From contig NZ_CP040006.1 in the NCBI RefSeq assembly GCF_005696695.1, forward strand, positions 1,590,001 through 1,622,000: DNA of 32,000 bases. Reading direction: 5' to 3'. Below, one piece after another: positions 8,199 to 15,848 of this stretch. The notes under the pieces were generated by a model that saw only the letters and a list, made by a program, of their open reading frames with translations, was not told the DNA's origin and did not search any database. The DNA is from Schaalia odontolytica (GTDB taxonomy: Bacteria; Actinomycetota; Actinomycetes; Actinomycetales; Actinomycetaceae). Position numbers and translations under genes: made by a program. Position 1 is the first letter of the stretch, and the number at the start of each line of letters is the position of its first letter.

Positions 8199-11100
8199 TT
8201 ATGAGCCGCTTTGGGCACCACTCGTGGCAGATGGGCTCGGGCTGGGCGTCGGTGTGGGCGTCGCCGCACCGAGCTCCTGCTGGGCAGCCTCGGCGCGGGC
8301 CAGGGCGTCGCGCAGACGAGTCTGAGCCTGGCCGAAGGCGGTCCAATCGGACTTGCTCATCGCCGAATCGGCGTCACGCATGGCCTGAGCGGCATCGTTG
8401 ATGGCCTGCGTCAGGCGGGCGTTCGCGTCGCCCGAGGCGGCCGGCGGGGTCGCACCCGACTGGCTGCCGTCGTCGCTCGCTGGCGGCGTCTGCGGCGTCG
8501 TCGCACTACCATCGTCGGCGACGAGCTGGCGCAGCGATTCCTCAAGGGTGGGCGCGAAGCCGACCTTGTCACCGAAGGCGGTCAGAACCGAGCGGAGCAC
8601 GGGGTAGGACGCGGAGCCGGTGCCCTGCACGTAGACGGGCTGGACGTAGAGGAGGCCGCCGCCGACCGGCAGTGTCAGGAGGTTACCTCGGATCACCGTC
8701 GAGTCGGCCTGGTTCAGCAGGTTGAGCTGGGTAGCGATCTTCTCGTCGGAGTCGTACTTGTTCTGTACCTGGCCGGGGCCGGGCACGGTCGTCGACGAGG
8801 GCAGGGCGAGCAGGCGGAGCTTGCCGTATCCCTCACGCACCTGGCCGGGGGTGTTACCGGTCTCAGAGTCGACGGCGAGGAAGCCCGCCATGGCCTCGCG
8901 CCGGCCCTCGCCGCCACCACCGGGCACGAAGACCGAGGTCAGGGAGAACTCAGCACTGTCCTGGCCGGGCATCTGCATGGTCAGGTAGTACGGCGGCTGC
9001 AGAGCGGTCGGAGCGGGCACGGGGTTGCCCGCCGCGTCCACGCGCGTGGAGGAGTCGGAGCTGGAGGCTGCGCCGTGGGTGGAGGTCTCCTCGGCCAGGC
9101 GCCAACGGTCACCGCCGGAGTAGAAGCCGGCAGCGTCGGTCACGTGGTACGTGGCGAGCAGGTTGCGTTGGACCTTGAACATGTCCTCCGGGTAGCGCAG
9201 GTGGCTCATGAGATCGCCCGAGATCGCCGAGACGGGCTCGACGCTGCCGGGGTAGATCTTTTCCCAGGTGCGCAGGATCGGATCCTGGTCATCCCAGCGG
9301 AACAGGCGCACGGAGCCGTCGTAGGCGTCGACAATGGCCTTGACGGAGTTACGCATGTAGTTGATCTTGTTGGCCTGGACGTACTGGCCAACCTCAGTAG
9401 AGCGAGAGTCAACGGTCGCATTCGAGAGGGTCTCGTGCTGCGCGTACGGGTAGTTGTTCGTAGTCGTGTACGCGTCGACGACCCACACGAGGCGCTTGGG
9501 GGTCGAGGCATCACCATCCATGTCGACGACCGCCGGGTAGGCGGACTGTTCGAGCGTCAGGTAGGGCGCGACCTTCGCGACGCGCTGGAGGGGATCGCGA
9601 TTGTAGAGGATCTGCGAGGCCTCGTTCGTCTGCGAGGAGAAGAACAGGTCCGTGGATCCGAACTTGATCGCGTACAGGAGCTTGTTCCACACGTTGCCCA
9701 CGGAGGGGCCACCGTTGCCGACGAATGTCGTGGAGACCTGGCCGCCGACCGCGGTGTCGTCCGGGTAGTCGAGCTCCTGAGGCTCGGAACCCTCGGGGGC
9801 GCCGACGATCGAGTAGTCGGGCGAGCCGGGGCTGAAGTAGACACGCTCCTCGTAGTCACCCATCTCGCCGACGGAGGGCACGGACTGCTCCCAGTAGGAG
9901 GGCAGGCCGTCACTGGTCAGCTGGTTGCCGTATGCGGCAACCGCGCCGTAGCCGTGAGTGTAGACGGTGTGCTGGTTCACCCAGGTCTGCTGCTCGGCGG
10001 ACAGGCCCGAGAGGTTGAGCTCACGCACAGAGATCACGGTGTCGCGGCGCTCCCCGCCCACGTTGTAGCGGTCGACCTTCATGCCCGAGTTGAAGCCGTA
10101 GTACAGGCGAGACTGCTGGAGCTGCTGAACGGTCTTTGTGATGACCTGCGGGTCGAGCAGACGCACCTGGGAGGTGAGGGACTCGGTGTCAAACTGACCG
10201 GCCGAGGCCGTGGTGGCCGCGTCGTAGTTCGTCTGATAGTCGACGTCCTGCAGGCCGTAGGCGGCCAGCGTGGCGTCGATGTTGCGCTGAATGTACGGAG
10301 ATTCAAGGCTGCGCTGGTTGGGGCGCACGCGGAACTGTTCGACGAGGGCCGGGTAGGCGCCGGCCAGGACGAGGGCCGCGATCACCGTGACCGCGACGCC
10401 GGTCACCGGCAGGCGCCACGTGCCCTTGAAGGCCGCGACGACGAAGAGGACCGCGACGAGTCCGGAGATGACCGCCAGGATGGAGTGCGCGGGCAGCGTC
10501 GCGTTGATATCGGAGTACATGGCGCCATGAATGGAGCCGGAGTCCGAGGTGAGCAGCTCGTAGCGGCCCAGCCAGTAGTTCACGGCGATGAAGAGCGACA
10601 GGCAGGCGGCCATCAAACCGGACTGCAGGCGCGCCTGCTTCGAGGCGTGGGGGCGCGGCGCCAGGCGGATCGTTCCGTACAGGTAGGACACGATGAGGGC
10701 CGCAATGAGGGCGATGGCGGTGACGGTCAGCAGGAAGGACACGAGGACCTTCAGCGCGGGCAGGACGAACACGAAGAACGAGATGTCCAGACCGAATTGG
10801 GGATCAACCTGATCGAAGGAGGAGCGGTTGAGGAACTGGAGCAGCGTCTGCCACTCCGTGGCCAGGCGAGCACCGTTCGTGAAACCGAAGAACAGAGCAA
10901 CGCCCCAGAACGCGAATCGGCGCACGGGCTCGAGAGCCTTCTGGTAGGCGCGCAGGGAGGCCGACGCCTGCCCGCGCGTCGAGGAGGCGCGATGCCGGTA
11001 CGCGTAGGACATCGAGAAGAAAATGAGGGCCGTGGCCACGACGAATCCGACGACGAACAGGCCGATGTGCGCTCCCCACTGGGTGAGGATGACGCGGGTG

Positions 11101-11297
11101 GCGCTCATCTGGCGGAACCACAGGATCTCGGTCCACACGATCGACGCAGCGTAGATGATCGCGCCGATCGCGATCAGGACGCCCAGAGTGATCGCTCCGG
11201 GGCCGGGCTTATGCATCTTCAGCTCGACGGGTCGACTATCGGGGTCTCGGGGCGCACGCGCTCCCCCCGGGGGGAAGACCGAAAAATTGAAGCTCAC
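8199..11297 (-). CDS. UPF0182 family large membrane protein (COG1615; mycobacterial Rv3193c-like)
   Basis: About 1000 aa, with an N-terminal block of about 7 TM helices that starts with the TEILWFRQM-type motif, then a large soluble region and a low-complexity tail. I prefer GTG 11297 as the start (GAGAGGA 5 nt upstream). ATG 11216 (MHKPGPG...) is an alternative, and the listed ORF reaches 11354. Confidence 0.9.
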   Translation of the reverse strand: MSFNFSVFPPGGARAPRDPDSRPVELKMHKPGPGAITLGVLIAIGAIIYAASIVWTEILWFRQMSATRVILTQWGAHIGLFVVGFVVATALIFFSMSYAYRHRASSTRGQASASLRAYQKALEPVRRFAFWGVALFFGFTNGARLATEWQTLLQFLNRSSFDQVDPQFGLDISFFVFVLPALKVLVSFLLTVTAIALIAALIVSYLYGTIRLAPRPHASKQARLQSGLMAACLSLFIAVNYWLGRYELLTSDSGSIHGAMYSDINATLPAHSILAVISGLVAVLFVVAAFKGTWRLPVTGVAVTVIAALVLAGAYPALVEQFRVRPNQRSLESPYIQRNIDATLAAYGLQDVDYQTNYDAATTASAGQFDTESLTSQVRLLDPQVITKTVQQLQQSRLYYGFNSGMKVDRYNVGGERRDTVISVRELNLSGLSAEQQTWVNQHTVYTHGYGAVAAYGNQLTSDGLPSYWEQSVPSVGEMGDYEERVYFSPGSPDYSIVGAPEGSEPQELDYPDDTAVGGQVSTTFVGNGGPSVGNVWNKLLYAIKFGSTDLFFSSQTNEASQILYNRDPLQRVAKVAPYLTLEQSAYPAVVDMDGDASTPKRLVWVVDAYTTTNNYPYAQHETLSNATVDSRSTEVGQYVQANKINYMRNSVKAIVDAYDGSVRLFRWDDQDPILRTWEKIYPGSVEPVSAISGDLMSHLRYPEDMFKVQRNLLATYHVTDAAGFYSGGDRWRLAEETSTHGAASSSDSSTRVDAAGNPVPAPTALQPPYYLTMQMPGQDSAEFSLTSVFVPGGGGEGRREAMAGFLAVDSETGNTPGQVREGYGKLRLLALPSSTTVPGPGQVQNKYDSDEKIATQLNLLNQADSTVIRGNLLTLPVGGGLLYVQPVYVQGTGSASYPVLRSVLTAFGDKVGFAPTLEESLRQLVADDGSATTPQTPPASDDGSQSGATPPAASGDANARLTQAINDAAQAMRDADSAMSKSDWTAFGQAQTRLRDALARAEAAQQELGAATPTPTPSPSPSATSGAQSGS

Positions 11298-11398
11298 GGC
11301 AGTCCTCTCTGTAAAACCGTTCGGCTCCGATCCAGTGTAGCCGCGCACATGCACTTCTTCGTCTCTGTCTTATTCGCTCTCCGTGAGATTATGGGGGC

Positions 11399-11968
11399 AT
11401 GACTGTTGAAATGATGCCGAGCGCGCGCGAGATCGCGCTGGCCAACGTGGTTGTCGATATCGAGAAGGGCGCGGCCCGCGTGGGCTGGGATCACGCCCCG
11501 TCCATCTACGCGCTGGTGCCCACTGCGATGCTGCTGGCCGACCCGAATCTGCCTGCTGACATTGCCGAGCAGCTGCGCGCGGGCTGGGATGGGACCGAAG
11601 ACCACCTGAGCGCGATCATCCAGGAGGACCTGGCTGACGACGACATCGAGCAGGTTCTGGCGCATCTGGCCTGGCCCGAGACCGTTCCGGGCGCCGCACT
11701 GACCGTCGAGCGCATCGTCGTTCCGCCGGAGGTCGAGGACGAGGCCCCCGAGGACCCCGACGAAGCCCTGGCCTTCATCTCGAATCACCCCCTGCGCACG
11801 GACGTGCGTCTGGCCGTTGGCGTGATGCGTACGGGCGAATCGTGGTGCGCGCTGCGCACCCGCGCCTTCGACTCTGACGACAAGGTCGGGCAGGGCTCGG
11901 CGCTCGTCCCCGCGCTAGTGGACGCCCTGCGCGCGTCTCTCGAGCCGGTGACGGACGAGCAAGCCTGA
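11399..11968 (+). CDS. PPA1309-family-like conserved actinobacterial protein
   Basis: A 189-aa acidic protein divergent from UPF0182. The sequence (REIALANVVVDIEKGAARVGWD...PSIYALVPT...) and its position match my recollection of the PPA1309 family, but I cannot confirm this by search. Confidence 0.7.
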   Translation: MTVEMMPSAREIALANVVVDIEKGAARVGWDHAPSIYALVPTAMLLADPNLPADIAEQLRAGWDGTEDHLSAIIQEDLADDDIEQVLAHLAWPETVPGAALTVERIVVPPEVEDEAPEDPDEALAFISNHPLRTDVRLAVGVMRTGESWCALRTRAFDSDDKVGQGSALVPALVDALRASLEPVTDEQA

Positions 11969-11979
11969 CAGCGTTGAGA

Positions 11980-12020
11980 GGCCCCGGCCTCGTCCGGACC
12001 AGATGGACGAGGCCGGGGCC
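11980..12020. terminator. Bidirectional GC-rich hairpin (16-bp perfect stem) between convergent genes
   Basis: GGCCCCGGCCTCGTCC (11980-11995), loop ggaccagat, GGACGAGGCCGGGGCC (12005-12020). It uses the same core motif as the hairpins at 1192-1233 and 28990-29019. Confidence 0.6.
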
Positions 12021-12073
12021 CTTTGTCGCCCACCTGACGAAAGTCGGTGGGCGGGCTTGAGAGCGCCCCCGCG

Positions 12074-13321
12074 CTACTGGCAGGTCGGCAGGGCGTCCCC
12101 GGTGCCGTCGGCGATGGAACGCACGGCGTTCACTGCCTCGTCGAGGGTGGACACCGAGACGACGCGCAGCCCATCGGGGACGTGTCCGACGACCTCGTTA
12201 CAGTTTTCGGAAGGGGCGAGGAACCACTGGGCCCCGTCGCGGTGCGCGCCCCACAGCTTCTGCTGGATGCCGCCGATGCCTCCGACTTGCCCGTCGTAGG
12301 ACATGGTTCCGGTGCCCGCGATAACGTTGCCGCCGGTCATGTCACCGGGGGTCAGGCGATCGATGATGCTGAGTGAGAACATCATGCCGGCGCTGGGGCC
12401 ACCCACGCCGTCGATGTTGACGGTGATGTCGACGGGCAGGGCGGGGTCGACGGAGAGGTAGACGCCGAGCTTGGAGCCGCTCTCGGTGGCGGACGCGGCG
12501 ACGGATGCGAAGGAGACGTCCTGCGTGGCGCCTTCTCGCTCGATCGTCAGCGTCATCGTGGAGCCGGCCGGCACCGAGCGCATGAGCGCGAAAGGAGTTG
12601 CGGCGCTGGTGATCTCGTGGCGTACGCCGTCGGGGGTCATGATCGCGCGGAGGATGTCTCCCTGTTGGACGACCCCTTCCGCGTTGGTTCCCTCGACCGC
12701 ACCCTCAATCGTGACCGTCGCGGGGACCTCCCACCCGAGGTACTCGAGGGCGGCGACCTGCGAGGTCGTCTGCGAGTTGCGCATCATGGCCAGCTGAGCC
12801 GCGCTCGACCGTTCCTGCGTCAATCCCTTGGGATACACCGACTCGTAGTCCACGATCTTGCTGTGCGGGTCAAAGTACGCGGCGATGAGCTGCGCGAAGT
12901 TCAGGCGAGACTTGGGGTTTCCCGATTCGGAGACCGTCACCATGCGCAGCTGCCCCTGCCCCGGCTTCGCGGGTGCCTTGTACGAGGTGGACTGAGGCTC
13001 GTCCTGCTGGATCGGTTCCCCCGTTGCGGGGTCGGTTCCCTCGATCTGAAGCATGGGAACTCCGTTGTCGGATCCCAGCACATTGAAGGTCGGGCCGGGG
13101 CTGTTGACCACGAAGGGAACGGGGATCCAGAAGAGGATCGCCACCATGGCGAGCGCGGCGAGGACCGCCGTGACGATCCGCCAGCTGACGATGGGGATAC
13201 GCCGGGCGGAGTCGTCCTCCTGCAGGGGCACCAGCTCGATATTCTCCGAGGTCATCTGCGCATCGTTCACCGTGTCATTGTGTCCCACCCGCTCCCCCTG
13301 CGCACGCGCGCCGCGCGCCAC
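12074..13321 (-). CDS. PDZ domain-containing Lon-like (S16) serine protease, YlbL/Rv3194c-like
   Basis: Contains an N-terminal TM helix, a PDZ-like middle region and a C-terminal Lon protease domain. The catalytic Ser motif is GVGGPSAGMMFSL and the downstream Lys motif is GGIQQKLWGA. The start is uncertain: GTG 13321, an in-frame GTG 36 nt downstream, or ATG 13255. Confidence 0.85.
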   Translation of the reverse strand: MARGARAQGERVGHNDTVNDAQMTSENIELVPLQEDDSARRIPIVSWRIVTAVLAALAMVAILFWIPVPFVVNSPGPTFNVLGSDNGVPMLQIEGTDPATGEPIQQDEPQSTSYKAPAKPGQGQLRMVTVSESGNPKSRLNFAQLIAAYFDPHSKIVDYESVYPKGLTQERSSAAQLAMMRNSQTTSQVAALEYLGWEVPATVTIEGAVEGTNAEGVVQQGDILRAIMTPDGVRHEITSAATPFALMRSVPAGSTMTLTIEREGATQDVSFASVAASATESGSKLGVYLSVDPALPVDITVNIDGVGGPSAGMMFSLSIIDRLTPGDMTGGNVIAGTGTMSYDGQVGGIGGIQQKLWGAHRDGAQWFLAPSENCNEVVGHVPDGLRVVSVSTLDEAVNAVRSIADGTGDALPTCQ

Positions 13322-13391
13322 CCCTTCAGCTCTCAGCGTTTTTACAGAAGATTGTCAGCCCTCGCGAACAACGGGCGGCTAGTCTGTGGTC

Positions 13392-14858
13392 ATGAACGAG
13401 TTTGACTCCGGCACCCCGTTTGAGGACTTCCTGCGCTCGATCCTGGGCGAGGAGGCGGCAGCTGAGGCCGCACGCGCCCTGCAGGCTCAGGGTTTCGATC
13501 CCGCGAATCTTCCCCCGGAGTTTTCCGATCCCGCGCGTATGCGCGCGGCGATGGGTCAGTTCCAGTTCCTCATGAACACGACGGCCGGCCCCGTCAACTG
13601 GCGCATGGTGGAGGACAGTGCAAAGCAGGCGGCGTACGCGAGCGGCGATCCCTCCCCCACAGCCACGGAGGCCGAGGCCGCGCGTCAGGCAATGACGGTC
13701 GCGGACCTGTGGCTCGATGCGGTCACCGATTTCGCCTCCGGCCCGGTCACCCGCGACGTGTGGAGCAAAGTCGCGTGGGTCGAGCACACGATTCCGACGT
13801 GGAAGCGTATCTGCGAGCCCGTCGCACTCAACGTGTCGCGCGCCCTGTCCGCCGCCCTCTCGGAGCAGTTCGGTCCCGAGGGCCTGGGGGACGCAGCCTC
13901 CCTGCCGGACGGCATGGCTGCAATGCTCGGCAAGACACAGGAAATGATGCCGCGCCTGTCGGCGATGATGTTCTCCGCGCAGATCGCACGCGCGCTGGCT
14001 GCCCTGGCCGGTGAGTCGTTCGGCACCTTCGACACGGGCATCCCCCTGTCGGACACGTCGCACGCCGCCCTGCTGCCGCACAACGTCGCGCAGTTCTCCG
14101 AGGGGCTCGACATCCCCTTCGATGAGGTCCGTCAGTTCCTCGCCGTGCGCGAGGCGGCGCATCGCCGACTCTTCGCCTCGGTCCCGTGGCTGGAGGGCGA
14201 TCTGGTGCGCGCGGTCGAGCGCTACGCGTCCCAGATCGCGATCGACACGGAGGCGATTTCCGAGGCTGCGCGCTCGGTGGATCCCTCTGACCCGTCGTCC
14301 GTCGAATCGGCGCTCAGCGGCGGCGTGTTCGCACTGTCGACGACGCCCGATCAGCGTCGTGCACTCACACGCCTGGAGACGATGTTGGCCCTCATCGAGG
14401 GCTGGGTCGAGGTCGTGACGGCCCGCGCTACCCTGCCCTACCTGCCCCACGCGGATGCGCTGCGCGAAATGATGCGTCGCCGCCGCGCGTCGGGCGGCCC
14501 CGCGGAGGAGATCCTCGGGACACTCATGGGTCTGCAGATGCGCCCGCGTCAGGCGCGCGGCGCCGCGTCGATCTTTGCGCTGGTGGAGGCCGACGGCGGG
14601 CGCGACGCTCGCGAGGCCCTGTGGTCACACCCGGATATGGTTCCCTCCGAGACGGAGCTGGCCACGCCGGACACCTTCCTGACGCTGCGCCGGGCTGCGG
14701 CCGAGGAGGACGCGGATATCGACGCCGCACTCAACTCGCTCCTGGATGGAACGCTTGGCTGGGCGGATGGCCTGGAACCCGGGGACGAGGCCTCGGCCGG
14801 CTCGGATGACGCACCCGAGGACCCCGAAGCATCCACCCCCAAGGACGCGACAGACTGA
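13392..14858 (+). CDS. DUF2342 / zinc-dependent-metalloprotease-like protein (Rv3195-like)
   Basis: Length, acidic C-terminal tail, the segment FLAVREAAHRRLFASVPWL and the position divergent from the PDZ-Lon gene all match the actinobacterial DUF2342 family as I recall it. An alternative GTG start lies at 13386. Confidence 0.75.
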   Translation: MNEFDSGTPFEDFLRSILGEEAAAEAARALQAQGFDPANLPPEFSDPARMRAAMGQFQFLMNTTAGPVNWRMVEDSAKQAAYASGDPSPTATEAEAARQAMTVADLWLDAVTDFASGPVTRDVWSKVAWVEHTIPTWKRICEPVALNVSRALSAALSEQFGPEGLGDAASLPDGMAAMLGKTQEMMPRLSAMMFSAQIARALAALAGESFGTFDTGIPLSDTSHAALLPHNVAQFSEGLDIPFDEVRQFLAVREAAHRRLFASVPWLEGDLVRAVERYASQIAIDTEAISEAARSVDPSDPSSVESALSGGVFALSTTPDQRRALTRLETMLALIEGWVEVVTARATLPYLPHADALREMMRRRRASGGPAEEILGTLMGLQMRPRQARGAASIFALVEADGGRDAREALWSHPDMVPSETELATPDTFLTLRRAAAEEDADIDAALNSLLDGTLGWADGLEPGDEASAGSDDAPEDPEASTPKDATD

Positions 14859-14968
14859 TACATACGGGAACGATCTGACAAGTTATCCACAGATTTTCCA
14901 AAACACCACGCGGGCGACACACATAGGTTCATCATGTCTCTAACAGTCACAAACTGAAGGAGACCATC

Positions 14969-15847
14969 ATGAACCTGATGCATCACACGGCGATCCTGTG
15001 GCGCGGCCCGGGCAGCGTCCAAATCGGTGGTGACCGCGCCCGACACGTGCGCCTCGACGACCTGCACGCAAGCGACCAGCTCTGGCTCGCCAGCCAGGCC
15101 AGGCCCGTTCACGCGTCGGACTCTCCCAAGGCTTCCCCCAGCCTCCTCGCTGCGCTGGCCGCGGCAGACCTCGTGGAGCATCCCGACCGACGCCCACTCC
15201 TGTCCGTAGGCGTTCTCGGCGCGGTACCAGCCGCTATCCTCGCGCTCCGTTCGCTGGTCGACACCCTCGCACTGCGGCTCCGTATCGACGCGCCCACCCT
15301 GGTGGACGGCGACTGGGATCACGTGTTCGGCGGCGCCTACACGGGTACGCCGCGCTCGCGTGCGGTGCGCCGAGAACTCTCCTCACTGATCCCGCTGCCC
15401 GACCTGCACGCCCAGGACGCGCCGGACGTCGCCCTCGTGTCGGCGGATCGGGCGCAGGATCCCGGCATCCCCTTCGAACTGATGGCCGCAGACACACCCC
15501 ACCTGCTCATCACGCGCGGAGAGCACTCATACGAGATTGGGCCGTTCGTGATTCCCGGCTCCACGCCATGCTTCCACTGCATCGAGCACGCGCGCGCCGA
15601 GCAGGACCCCTACCACCTCACCCACCTGCGAGAACTCGCCCAGTGGCCACTCGGACCGCTCCCCCAGCTGGCACACTTCGCGGCCGCCCTGCGGATTGCC
15701 CGCCTGCTGCGCGACTTCGCCTCAGGGGCACTCACCCCGCACCTGTGCGCCGAGATCGCCACGGTCGACGAGGACGGAACCATCACCGTCGAACGTGCGA
15801 TCGGCGCCCACGAATGCGTCTGCGGCATCGACGGCGTCGCCTGCTAG
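14969..15847 (+). CDS. E1/ThiF-like protein of the TOMM cyclodehydratase-docking type (TIGR03882-like), orphan
   Basis: GAAGGAG lies 7 nt before the ATG. The C-terminal half carries IGPFVIPGSTPCFHCIEHARAEQDP, which matches the GP(L/F)VxPGxxxCxxCxxxxRxxxDP signature I associate with the bacteriocin-biosynthesis cyclodehydratase domain. The glycine-rich nucleotide loop looks degenerate (VGVLGAVPAA). Confidence 0.6.
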   Translation: MNLMHHTAILWRGPGSVQIGGDRARHVRLDDLHASDQLWLASQARPVHASDSPKASPSLLAALAAADLVEHPDRRPLLSVGVLGAVPAAILALRSLVDTLALRLRIDAPTLVDGDWDHVFGGAYTGTPRSRAVRRELSSLIPLPDLHAQDAPDVALVSADRAQDPGIPFELMAADTPHLLITRGEHSYEIGPFVIPGSTPCFHCIEHARAEQDPYHLTHLRELAQWPLGPLPQLAHFAAALRIARLLRDFASGALTPHLCAEIATVDEDGTITVERAIGAHECVCGIDGVAC

Positions 15848-15848
15848 C

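Noticed and set aside
8211-11402. 1063-aa ORF on the + strand
   Set aside because: It is exactly antisense to the UPF0182 gene. Its composition is the Arg/Gly/His/Val-rich low-complexity pattern typical of shadow frames in high-GC DNA. It has no recognisable motif, whereas the - strand product has clear family features.
14883-14891. Perfect DnaA-box consensus TTATCCACA upstream of the E1-like gene
   Set aside because: It is a single isolated box with no cluster, no AT-rich unwinding element and no dnaA/dnaN nearby. A lone 9-mer match is compatible with chance or at most a minor regulatory site.
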